This document shows positions 1 to 15,199 of a DNA stretch of 64,000 nt, piece after piece. The number at the start of each line of letters is the position of its first letter. Positions within the stretch are counted from its first letter, which is position 1. Both the position numbers and the translations under genes were made by a program. Below the pieces are notes generated by a model. The model did not search any database. It was not told the origin of the DNA and worked only from the letters and a program-made list of their open reading frames with translations. The stretch lies in assembly GCF_009914755.1 (NCBI RefSeq), contig NC_060937.1. One strand, given 5' to 3'. The stretch comes from the human T2T-CHM13v2.0 reference genome, Homo sapiens.

Positions 1-369
1 TGGGTTGGTTCCAAGTCTTTGCTATTGTGAATAAAAAATGATGAGTTCATGTCCTTTGTAGGGACATGGATGAAATTGGAAATCATCATTCTCAGTAAAC
101 TATCGCAAGAACAAAAAACCAAACACCGCATGTTCTCACTCATAGGTGGGAATTGAACAATGAGATCACATGGACACAGGAAGGGGAACATCACACTCTG
201 GGGACTGTTGTGGGGTGGGGAGAGGGGGGAGGGATAGCATTGGGAGATATACCTACTGCTAGATGACGAGTTAGTGGGTGCAGCACGCCAGCATGGCACA
301 TGTATACGTATGTAACTAACCTGCACAATGTGCACATGTACCCTAAAACTTAAAGTATAATAAAAAAAA
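1..369 (+). mobile_element. L1PA2-like LINE-1 3' end with 5' inversion (1-33 antisense L1, 31-369 sense 3' end + poly-A)
   Basis: Sense L1 3' UTR ending ccctaaaacttaaagtataataaaaaaaa; diagnostics gagatcacatggacac and gctagatgacGAGttagtggg (GAG, not Ta ACA); bases 1-33 are the reverse complement of tattcacaatagcaaagacttggaaccaaccca. Confidence 0.93.
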
Positions 370-672
370 TTTTTTAAAGTAATATTAATAATAATAATTA
401 CTGGAATGCAAATTTAGTTTCTTAACACATATAGGCACCAACTTAATTGAATAGAATTTTATTTGCTATGTTTACCTTTCAAGTGCATATTTTTTTACAT
501 AAAAATTTTGTGAGAAATGTTTTCCTGTGTTTAAAAAGGAGTAAAGGTGTAAATTAAAGTGTATATATTTTATGGTAGCTACAGACAGCTCCATGTAAGT
601 AGTACGAAGAAAGTAAACCTGCATTTATGTTAACTATGCATGGTTTCCTTGAAGACAAGATAATTTATCACA

Positions 673-996
673 CATTTGTCTCTTGGTATTTGCAGGAGAT
701 TGGTTGCAGGACCCCTACATATACTAAAATCTGAAAATCCTTCAGTCCCTTGCATAAAATGTTATCATATTTGCATATAACATACACAAACTTTCTTACA
801 AATTGAAATCATCTCTAGATTGCTTATGATACCTAATGCAATGTAAATAGTATGTAAACAGTTGTTATACTACACTTTTGAAATTAGTATTGGTTTTTAT
901 TGTTATATTGTTATTTTTATCTTTTTTTCTTATGTTTTTTATCTAAAGTTGGCTAAATCTGCAAATGCAGAACCTGTCAATTTGGAAAGTTGACTG
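673..996 (+). mobile_element. MER2-type Tigger DNA transposon (MITE)
   Basis: cttggtatttgcaggagattggttgcaggacccc...atttgcatataac...atcatctctagattgcttatgatacctaatgcaatgtaaat...tgactg followed by TA. Confidence 0.85.
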
Positions 997-1499
997 TACA
1001 ATATTCAAGCTTCAAAAATTTTAAACAGTAATAGTTTTGGAAGATTAGTGATGTGCTGGATTTGTGAAGAATGGAAGAGCATCGTTTTAAACACTTGGCT
1101 AAATATATTGGTGATATTTAAAATGGGTAATAAAGCATTCAACTAAAATTTTTGAAAAATAACAGACTAATAATCACTAAAGATAAATATAAAAGTAGTG
1201 TTTTTTTTTTAATAAAAGGGAAAAGCAGTTAATTTAATGCAAATCCAGATTTGGTTCTTGAAAGACTCAGAAGCTTGTAACAGCCCTTCTTACTCAAATT
1301 ATGAAAAAGAATACAAAACCACTACAGTCGAATCTAGACAATAAAATAAATAAATATACTATTAAATATACATAAATATACCATTAAAATTATTAGAGAT
1401 TACTTGCTATAGTTAATTGTAGGATATTGCTTGCTCCATGGTAATAAATATGAGCATTTGATTGCCATGCTGAATTTTCTTGGAAAATGAAAAAAATTC

Positions 1500-1850
1500 A
1501 AAGTGAGTTAAACAGAGGTTGAAAATATAAATAAACTGAGAAAAGAAATTTGGTAACTTTTCATAAAACAAACCTTTGGAAAATAGCTCACTTCATGAAA
1601 AAATATTTTTACATCTTAAGGATATATAATTATTGTGCAACTTTAAAGTTTTCATAACATAAAGGAAACAGTAATTTTTTAAATTATTTTAAAAGTAAAT
1701 GCACAATTGATGCAAAGACTTAAGAAAAATATATGAAATAAAAATAAAGATTTATAGAATTCATATTTATGCCTATAGAGTCCAAAATTACATTATTACT
1801 AAGTATAATTCAATGTGGTATTTGAAACATAATTTACCACATTATATTCC
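1500..1850 (+). mobile_element. very old L1M ORF2 fragment
   Basis: A-rich degenerate match to L1 ORF2 (…atttatgcctatagagtccaaaat…aattcaatg…ttaccac). Confidence 0.35.
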
Positions 1851-1974
1851 AACTTCTTTTATGTCTGTAGCCAAATAACTATGTATTTGTTAAAGAAGTG
1901 TTGTTGTGTTGTATGAAAATTATAGGATTTTTTTTATTTTTATTTTTTTAAATAACAAGTAAGCTTTAGACTTT

Positions 1975-2222
1975 TCTCTGTCTTCTTTCCTGCTGTCTGG
2001 TAAGCACAGGTGATGGCTAATGCTCCTGTAGCCATTTTGTACTATAAGGTAATTTTGATTATAAAATTACATGGTTTGAGGCTGATAGAACAAACCTGGT
2101 TCAATGTTCTTTCCATAGTGCTGACAAATTAGCCTATTCTTTATGTCTCTGTACCTATTTATTTGAGAAAATTAATTTATGTTTCTTTATGCCCTTATTG
2201 CTCTATCCTAAACCTAATTCAA
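1975..2222 (+). mobile_element. old MaLR LTR fragment (MLT1J/K-like)
   Basis: ttcctgctgtctggtaagcacaggtgatggctaatgctcctgtagccattttgt resembles MLT1J/K core motif. Confidence 0.55.
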
Positions 2223-3228
2223 CAGGTAAATTATCCTGACAGCTTAAATTTACTTTATCCTTGGAGCATGTCTTGAAGATGTAATAAGGATAATGTGTGG
2301 GGAACAGTTAAGAAATTAAACGAGTGCTCAATGCAAAATGTGTAACATGTGAGAATTTGAGTAAGCAGTATAAGACCAAATTATAAAAATATTATAATTT
2401 ATTTTCAACAAATATAAAAATATTTGAAAGAATTAGTCAAAATATAATAAAAATGTAGTGGAGGAGATCATGAAGTCCTGAATTAAATCAACGGTGTGAG
2501 AAAAACCTTAGAAAAAATTTGTCAGTAGATGTAAAATTACTAAGTTTTTGTAATGATAGTTCAGCTGTATTATATTCTAAATTTAGAAAACAGACAAAAA
2601 TATTAAATATAATCTGTTATACTACAATTCATGTTGTTTATGTAGTTTATGTTGTGCGATATCCGATTCCACAGTGTTGCTAGTATTACATAGATGTAGC
2701 GTTACTTCATGGGTAATTTTCATAATACACAAAAGTATGAATCATTAAGGGGCACTTTCCTAAGAAAGCTTAAGCAATATATAAAAATCTTTAGAAAAAA
2801 ATGTTGAAATTTCTGCAGAAGCTGAATTCTTTATATAGTCTTCATATAAGTAATGGCTTCAAGAACTACTATATTTTTGCCAAAACTTTAAGTAAATTGT
2901 GATGCTGACAGTGCAGAAAGTGTAGATGTAAAGCCATTTCTTGTTACAATATTGATTAGTAATGAATGCTATGCCACGTATCAAATTTAAATTTTGATGG
3001 AACTGGTCTCTAGTGGAAGAACATGCTGCCAAACAACCTACGATTCTAAGAAAGAAGCTTCAGTTTTCAAGTTAAAGATGCAGAATATTTAATGATAGTG
3101 GTCCCAGACATTATTGCCAATGGAGATCTAACAGGGCTATTTAAAATAAGATTATTTATGGTCTTGGTAGTGCTCTAATTAAAATTCACATAAGTTTATG
3201 TGGTTTGCGAATGATCGATTTTTAGTTG

Positions 3229-5790
3229 TGTTAAAATAAAAACTTTAAACAAATTAAATTTTACGGAGTTAATTCAGCAAAAAGCAATTGACTCTCCATG
3301 AGTCCATGCTTAACATTGGATTTATATGCTCCTAAATACCAATTTTGTTACCTTAATTCGAGTTCCTAAAACTGCTTAACAAATGGGTTATCACTGGTAA
3401 TTCGACTTGTGCCATGGAGTTCATCCAAATTACATATTTTAATAATTTTAGTGCTGGCTGATTTAGCATGAAATCTTGCAGGCTGTGTCCTTGGTGTGTA
3501 ACTAAATTTTATACCACTCGGGTTAGCAGATTTATGAACCAATCAGTCTCCTGGAGTTTTGGAAATTCTTACTCAAACCAAATGATGTGATCTCATAGTT
3601 ACTGAAAATCTGTACTCAAGAGTGCTTGTCAGCACCTTTTCCATCTTTTCCATGAATCTTTTTGGAGAAATAATACCGTAGGATTCTACTTGCCTGTGAA
3701 GAGCTTACAGAAACTACATCAGAGTTAAGCAACTAACCGTAGAAACAACTTAAAATGCTCATAGTTAAAAACACAGTTGACAAGAAAATTTGGTTATTTC
3801 TGTGGCCCACAATAATTTAATATAATTACAATAATTATGACTAATAAAAATACCAAGATACATCAAAATTTTATGAATCTCATACAACATTAGGACATAC
3901 ATTAATAACATAGTAATTGAAACCTAACTCAAAAAGGTTAAACATTTTTTTCTTACAAAGGCTTAAAATAATCAAAATAGAATCACAAGTCATTAAAAAA
4001 TAATAGTCATTCATTTAGCCAAAGTGGTAAAAAAAATTAAAAAAGCAAAAACTTTTATTCTTTGATAGGAGACTCAATTTTCCAATCGAAAGAGCTGAGG
4101 AAAATAGCCTGAGACAGACTGTTTTCTTCTCTCCCTTGTCTCTCTTTTGTTCTCTCTCTCTTTTTTTTTTTTTTTTTTTTACGGTTTACTCAAAATGTGA
4201 ATAAAAATCTTCTACTATCACAATTGTGCCACATGAAAATTCTTGTTTAAAAGAGAAAACCATTCTAAAACTAATGTAATAAACTCTAATAAGCCAATCT
4301 CAGTCATTATTTTGACCACACAAGAGTTCCAAAAACCTTTTATTATCTCTTACAAAATTTTATTCTATTTTATTTCTCTTTCCAACTTTCTCTTTCCAAC
4401 TCTTTATTTAATTTTATCTATATCTTTTCATTTCTTTAATTCAAAGCAATATTAAAGTAAATTTGAAACTAGACAAAATTATTTTTTTCAAAAACACACA
4501 TTTTCATGCCTTTACAACTTTCATTAAAAAGTGTAACTTGCTTTTTAATATACACTTTATATATGGAATATTTTATATCTAGTAGTTTTAATCATACATA
4601 TTAACTACAATTTTAACTCTTAGGAAGCCTAATTTTTAGTGAAAACATAGGAAGTAAGTAATTATGTACAGTTTTATATCAGTATTTGTAGATGAAATCC
4701 ATTTCATGATATTTTAGAAAGATATGCTTCTTTAATGTTTTGCTTATTAATAGATCTAGATATATTTAGCTTTTCTAGATTATAGAAAAATTAGATGACA
4801 AAGTATGTCAGCTGAAACAGATATTTAATAATTAATGTTTCACTAATTACTTACAAATGACTTAGAAATTTTATAATAACTATTATTTAATTTAATATAA
4901 CATGACTTTAAGATTTTAATTACTGAAAAGTGAAAAGCATTTTGAAACTATGACACAGGTATCCTCCCTTATGTCTTCCCCAGTCATTATAGGTCTCAAG
5001 TAGCCATATGACACCCAGGATATTTATGAAGGGCAAGGATCATCTGGGTGTTGAACTTACTCACCAGTTATAGCACTTAGGACAGAAGATAAAGCTGTAA
5101 CTACGTGTGGAGGGTTCAAGCCCTCTCAGCTTGCCCAGGAGGCAAAGCTAGGCCATAGAGGAAGGAGTCATAGTGGGTTTGACTTTTCTTTGCAGCTGGT
5201 AGTGAATTCACTGAGGACATGTTCCCAGGCCTCACCTTGGCCACCTGTCCTGACCCTAGAATCAAGAAGCTCAATACTGAAAATATAGACTAACAATTAC
5301 ATCAGGCAAGTATCAAAAAGGTTATAGAAGCAACAGTTTTATGACCTTAAAACACAAAGTAGAGGCAACATAAACCTGTCTGACTGTAAAACACATAGCA
5401 GAGACAACATAACCTGTCTGACCAGTAGACACATGCAAAAATGTCTGAATTATATTAAACTGATAATTCTGAAGCCATTTCTATTTTAGTTTACCAACAA
5501 TTTTAAAACTATTTTTATCAAATATTATTATATACAGGTAACACCTATAGAAATATAGACAAACAGAGGTAGATCTTAGCTTTTATAAAGAATTCTCATT
5601 TGCCAGTTTTCAAATAGTTTTTCTTTTCCCCATTCAGCCTATCAACCCTCAAATGACCTGTTTCCTTGGCTTTAGCAATTGTTAGCTAAACAACCCCAAA
5701 TTTACATTTCTAAAGGGATGACTCAGGTGTTACAAGGTAGAAAATTTGTATCTCAAAAGCACATAGCTGACACTTTAGCTTTAAATATTG
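3229..5790 (-). mobile_element. ERV1 MER4-group element: short LTR end (3229-~3295) plus non-coding internal sequence
   Basis: tgttaaaataaaaactttaaacaaattaaattttacggagttaattc LTR terminus; ttgacaagaaaatttggttatttctgtggcccacaataatttaa and aacctgtctgaccagtagac typical of MER4-group internals. Confidence 0.75.
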
Positions 5791-5852
5791 CTCAAATATT
5801 TGAAAAATCATTTATTCAAATTAAATTTAATAAGTTGAATACATTTATTAAG

Positions 5853-5912
5853 TTAATCTACTGCAAATTAAAATTAAAATTAATTTACTGCAAATTAAAA
5901 TTAATCTACTGC
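5853..5912. repeat. short tandem repeat, 21-nt unit ttaatctactgcaaattaaaa x~2.6
   Basis: units at 5853-5873, 5880-5900 and partial 5901-5912. Confidence 0.85.
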
Positions 5913-6673
5913 TTTCTTACATGTCTAAAAATTTGATCAATAAACTTTCTCTTCTGCCTATGAAATGCATTTTTATTAAAAAAGTAAAGGGTGACTACTA
6001 ATTTTGCTCAGAAACACAAAACTGATTTGTTACTCATCTGAAAGACTTTAGAGATTAAATTTGAATAAATGCAAAATCATAAAGCTCTTCTTTAAAAAGT
6101 ACAGGGAATTGAAGTTATACACAAGACTCAAAAATATTTTGATGTTTGATTTCTCAAGGGATGGTAGTGACTCATATAATTTCCTTTTTACAAAGCACTA
6201 TTTATTCTTGGTAATCAAATCAACATATGGTACATTATTAAAATAGTTTTTATAAAGCTATTTGTCTTACACTAATAAAACATTTAAATATGATTTATTT
6301 GTGTAATATCTTTCCTAGCTAATTCTTACAGTATTTAGTATCATCCATGTTTTGTATATTTCACTAATCGAAACATGACTAACAGTGTGCAGTATTTATC
6401 AAAGCTTAATGTTGTAGCAAACACATTCTATAGGGAATGTGTCCATTTTATAAGTTCTCATACATAACATTGCAACTAAAATGATAGATTTTACGTACTA
6501 TTTGTTTTCCCATATAACCTAAGAAATTCCTGATGTCAGAAGCTTTTATTTTTGAAAGTAGTAAAAGGTGAGAAGTTATTTAGATTTGAAATTTGTTTGT
6601 TTCCCAAAAATTGTAATTCTCACATCAAGTGAGGAAATGTTTGAAAAAATTGAGAATTACAACAATGGGTATC

Positions 6674-8913
6674 TCTATTAGTCTGTCCGCATGATGCTAA
6701 TAAAGACATACCTAAGATTGGGTAATTTATAAAGAAAAGAGGTTTAATTGACTCACAGATTCACAGGGCTTGGGAGGCCTCACAATCATGGCAGAATGTG
6801 AATAAGGAGCAAAGCCATGTCTCACATGGAAGCAGGAAAGGGAGCTTGTGTAGGGGAACTACCCTTTATAAAACCATCAGATCTTGTGAGACTTATTCAC
6901 TATCACAAGAACAGCACTGGAAGTACCTGCCCCCATGATTCAAGTATTTCCCAATGGGTGTCTCCCACCACATGTGGGGATTATTACAATTCAAGGGGAG
7001 ATTTGGGTAAGGACGCAGAGCCAAACCATACCATTCTACCCTTAGCCCCTCCCTAATCTCATGTCCTCACATTCCAAAACCAATCATACCTTCCCAATAA
7101 TCCCCCAAAGTCTTAACTCATTTCAGCATTAACTCAAAAGTCCAAGTCTAAAGTCTCATCTGAGACAAGGCAAGTCCCTTCTGCCTATGAGACTGTAAAG
7201 TCAAAAGCAAGTTGGTTACTTCCTACATACAATGAGGGTACAGATATTGAGTAAGTGCACCCTTTCTATATGGGAGATATTGGCCAAAATGAAGAGGCAA
7301 CAGACCCTGTGAAATTTCAACATCCAGCAGGGCAGCCAAATCTTAAAGCTCAGAAAGGATCTCCTTTGACTCCATGTCTCACTTCCAGATCATGCTGATG
7401 CAAAACGTGGGCTCCCATGGCCTCGGGCAACTCCACTCCTGTAGCTTTGCAGGGTACAGCTCCCCTTCTGGCTGCTTTCATGGGTTGGTGTTGAGTGTCT
7501 ATTGCTTTTCCAGGCACACGGTGCAAGCTGTTGGTGGATCTACCATTCTGGGGTCTGGAGGACAGTGGCCCTCTTCTCACAGCTCCACTAGGCAGTGCCA
7601 CAGTGAGGATTCTGTGTGGGGGCTCCCACACCACATTTCTTTTCCACACTGTCCTATCAGAGGTTCTCCATGATGTCATTTCCATACATCCTCTGAAATC
7701 TAGACAAAGGTTTCCCAAATCTCAGTTCTTGACTTCTGTGCACCCATATGCTCAACACCACATGGAAGTTGCCAAGGCTTGGAGCTTGCATCCTCTGAAG
7801 TCATGGCCTGAGCTATACCTTGGCACCTTTTAGCCATGGCTGGAGCAGCTGGGACACAGAGCACCAAGTCCCTAGGCTGCACACAGCAAGGGGTCCCTGG
7901 GCCTAGCCCAGGAAACCATTTTTCCTCCTAGGCCTCTAGGCCTGCGATGGGAGGGGCTGCTGCAAAGGTCTCTGCCATTCCCTAGAGACATTTTCCCCAT
8001 TGTCCTGGTGATCAACATTTGGCTTCTCATTACTTGTGTAAATTTCTGCAGCTGGCTTGAATTTCTTCTCAGAAAATGGGTTTTTCTTTTCTACTGCACC
8101 ATCAGGCTGCAATTTTTTGAATCTTTTATGCTCTGCTTCTCTTTTTAACATAAGTTCCAATTCCAAACCATATCTTTGTGAATACATAAGGCTGAATGCT
8201 TTTAACAGCACCCGAATCACCTCTGTAAGATACCCTAAATCATTTCTTTCAATGTCAAAGTTTCACAGATCTCTATGGCAGGGGCAAAATGCAGCTAGTC
8301 TCTTTGCTAAAACATAGCAAGGGTCACCTTTATTCCAGTGCCCAGCGTGTTTCTCATCCCCATCTGAGATGAGCAGCATTTGGTCAAAGCCATTTAGCAA
8401 GTCTCTAGGAAGTTCCAGTCTTTCTCACATAATCCTGTCTTCTTCTGAGCCCTCCAAACTGTTCCAACCTCTGCCTGTTACCCAGTTGCAACATCGCTTC
8501 CACATTTTTGGGTATCTTTACAGCAGCACCCCATTCTACTGGAACAAATTTACTGTTAGTCTGTTTGGACACTGCTAGTAAAGACACACTGGAGACTGGG
8601 GAGTTTATAAAGAAATGGGGATTAATTGACTCACAGTTCCACATGGCTGAGGAGGTCTCACAATTGTGGTAGAAGGCGAATGAGGAACAAAGTCACATCT
8701 TACATGGTAACACGGAAGAAAGAGCATGTACAGGGGAACTCCCCTTTATAAAACCATCAGATCTTGTGAGACTTGTTCACTATCATGAGGACAGCGCAGG
8801 AAAAACCCACCCCCATGATTTAATTACCTTCCATCTTGTCCCTTACATGACATGTGGGGATTATTACAATTTGAGGTGAGATTTGGGTGGAGACACAGAG
8901 CCAAACCATATTA
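6674..8913 (-). mobile_element. full-length THE1 (THE1C/D-like) MaLR provirus: 3' LTR 6674-7033, internal 7034-8553, 5' LTR 8554-8913
   Basis: Two homologous LTRs (t[g]tattagtc...ccaaaccata[t]ca), THE1-int sequence between, identical 5-bp TSD GTATC at 6669-6673 and 8914-8918. Confidence 0.96.
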
Positions 8914-9024
8914 GTATCTGTGTCAGGACTACATAAATATCTCATAATTCACTAGGGAATGGATTATAGTCATATACTAGTGGAATAGAAAATAGTAATA
9001 TGTTTACATTTCAATTTAATAAAC

Positions 9025-10310
9025 ATTACTCTTTAGAAAAGTTTTCATATATAGAAAAAAAGATATTGTAAAGTTTCCTATACCACAAATCATTTTCTCT
9101 ATCAATATCCTACAGTAGTATCAAACATTCATTATAATTAATTAATCAAAGTTGATGTGTTATTATTAACTAAGTTCACAAGTTATTCAGTTACTCAGCT
9201 TTTCATTGTATCTTTTTTCTGGAACCAGGGTTCCATTTAGATTTCCACATTACCCTTAGACATATGGTCCCTTAGACTTCCCTTGACTATTATAGCTTCT
9301 TTTCTCATTTTTGATAATTTTGGCAGTTTTTAGATGTACTAACCAGGTATTGGTAAAATGTCCCTCAATTAATATTTCTTTTATGTTTCTAACATGATTA
9401 AACTAGAGTTCTGAGTTGTAGGAATCACAGAGGTTAAATGTTATTTTTATCTAATTCTATGAAAGCTGCATGATATCAGTGTGGTGTGACTGTTGAGGTT
9501 GACTTTGACCCGTTAGTTGTTAAAGTGTCTTCTTTTTTAATGTAATGTCCCTCTTCCCTTTACTGTACTCTTTGGAAGGAAGTCATTATATGCAATCTAC
9601 ATTTAAGGAGTGAAAACTTATGCTCCTCCTTGTGGGCAAACTCTCTACATAAATTATTAGAAATTTGTCTCTTCTTTAAATTTATTTATTTATTGAGAGC
9701 TTGGTTTTGATTATGTATTTATGTAAATATGGCTTCATGGGTATTTATGTTACAATTTGGGTTAAAATTCAACATTACTTAATTTTGTTGCTTAATTTTT
9801 TTCTAGTTCTGTTCTTTGGGAGCTATTTTGGTAGGCTCTGGTCCCCTTGATACTTTTCATTGTGTGGTTGTTTGGTTTGGTTTGTTTGGTTTTCAGCACT
9901 TCTGTTTTTACTCTAAGCTCAACTTCTACATTTTCTGCTCCAGCCCTAGAATCAGGTATTTCTCCAAGGAGTCTTTTGACAGCCGTTTTTGAATGAGGCT
10001 ATCTCTCCTGGATTCTTTTATTAAAGAATTATATCAGAGACCAATATTTGAGTTTATTGCTACTAGGGTATTACTACTTCTTTCAGAAGACCATTCAAGA
10101 AAATATATTTGTGTATATGCTATGTGTATATGCATTTTTGCAAATATTTCTACATATAAACATCTGTATCCACATTAAGCTACCTGAGTTTAAACAGAGG
10201 TATCCAACTTTAATGTATCACCTCATGGACATTACCATATAGCCTATATGTAACTTCTAACTCAAACAATGAGAAACTTGCTTCCCACCATTAGCCATCT
10301 ATTTATACTG
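9025..10310 (-). mobile_element. L1MC4-like 3' UTR
   Basis: ctgtactctttggaaggaagtcattat...atttaaggagtgaaaacttatgctcc...ctacataaattatt; ccagccctagaatcaggtatttctccaaggag. Confidence 0.75.
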
Positions 10311-10544
10311 ATGTTATGACAAGATAAAAGCAATAGAAGTAAATGTATGTTGTGAAAATCAAAGAGAACAAGAAAAAAAATCTGCAGATTTTCTTCTTCA
10401 ACATCCTCAGAAAACTAAAATCATCCACTAAAAGATTATTTTTTGCACTGAGAGAGAAAACACTCTTTAACTATGAATCCATTTCAAATTGTTAAAATAA
10501 ACAGACATGAAATTAAAAGAGCCATAAGCATAGAATGTTTTTCT

Positions 10545-11542
10545 GTTTGTTTGTGTTGTCTATTTCTTTCAGCAGTGCTCTGCAGAGATGTTTAATCTCC
10601 TTTTTACACTTAGATGTATTTCTGAGTATTTTAATTTCTGTGGCTATTGTAAATGGAATTGCATTGCTGATTTGGCTCTTGGCTTGAAAATTATTGGTGT
10701 ATAAAAATGCTAATCATTTTTGTGTATTGATTTTGTTTATCAGTTCCAGGAACTTTCTGGAGCAGTCCTTAGGGTTTTTTAGCTATAGATCATATCATCA
10801 GCAAAGAGAGATAATTTGGCTTCTTTTTCTGCTTGGATGCCTTTTATTTCTTACCCTTGCCTAATTGCTCTGGTTAGAATTTCTAGTACTATGTTGAATA
10901 GGAGTAGTGAGAATGGGCATCGTTGTCTTGTTCTGGGTCTTAAGTAGAATACTTCCACCTTTGGCCCATTCAGTGTGATGTTGTCTATGAGTTTGTTAAA
11001 GATTGTTTTTATTAGTTTGATGTATGTTCCTTGGATATCTAGGGTATTGATGGTTTTTATCATGAAGTTATTTTGAATTTTATCAATAGCTCTTTCTGCA
11101 TCTATTGAGATGAGAATATGGTTTTTGTTTGTAATTCTATTTATGTGGTGAATTACATTTATTGATTTCTGTATGTAGAACCAACTTTTCATCTCAGGAA
11201 AAAAAACTGACTTGATCACGGTGAATTAACTTTTTGATGTGCTATTGAATTCAGTTTGCTAGTATTTTGTTGAGGATTTTTGCATCCATGTTCATCAGAA
11301 ATATTGGCCTATGGTTTTCCTTTTTCATTGTGTCTTTCCCTGTTTTGGCATCACGGTGATGTTGGCTTTTTAGCATAAGTTAAAGAGAAGTTCCTCCTCC
11401 TCACATTTTTGGAATAGTTTCGGTAGAATTGGTACCAGGTCCTCTTTGTACATCTGGAAGAATTCAGCTGTGAATTTATCAGGTCCAGGTATTTCAATTT
11501 CATCCTGATTCAATCTTGGGAGTCTGGGTGTTTCCAGGAATA
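10545..11542 (-). mobile_element. L1 ORF2 reverse-transcriptase fragment (L1PB/L1MA age), decayed
   Basis: ORF 10851-11219 translates to [16 protein letters not shown]...[13 protein letters not shown]...[18 protein letters not shown], degenerate L1 RT motifs. Confidence 0.92.
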
Positions 11543-12045
11543 AATATTTAGTTTTAGATCTAAGATTTGATCATAGGTCAGAATGAAGATAGAATAATAA
11601 CCATTTACATATTTTATTTACTGCCAAAATAGAAATAATGAAACTAAAATATTGGAAAATAAGAGATGAAACAGGAAAAAACATACATTTATTGATTATG
11701 ATATAAACAATAATATGAGGCAAAGTATACCAATAAAAATGTATAAGCTAAAAAAATTAATAGAAACAGTTGACTACACATATTAAAATGGCTTAACAGT
11801 AAATCTAACAAGTATACTTAAAATACAAACATTTATACTTTTAGATAAAATTTAAACATTGGAATAATTATATTCTCTAATGAGTAAATGTAAAAATCAA
11901 ATCACCAATTTAAAAAATTTAAGATGTCTTAAAGGGAGGAACCCAAATCAATGTTATTTCTATGAGACTCAACTAAAACAGCGTGTTTAAATATAAATAA
12001 TGACAATACAAATAAAACCAAGAAGAGTACCTTTTGCCTGAGTAC

Positions 12046-15110
<3,065 letters not shown>

Positions 15111-15199
15111 GACCTAAATATTGCAGGGCAACAAATAGAAAAATTTCTATATTCAAATAAGTGCTATACAGTATTTCACTTTTATTTTTTACTTGACAA

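Noticed and set aside
7350-8644. Cluster of ORFs on both strands
   Set aside because: All lie within THE1 internal/LTR sequence; broken remnants of the MaLR ORF or chance antisense frames.
10545-11542. Idea that this minus-strand RT fragment is the piece missing from the neighbouring L1PB
   Set aside because: It covers a similar ORF2 interval but is separated by ~500 bp of other sequence, does not match the breakpoints and shows different diagnostic bases; probably an independent insertion (not formally excluded).
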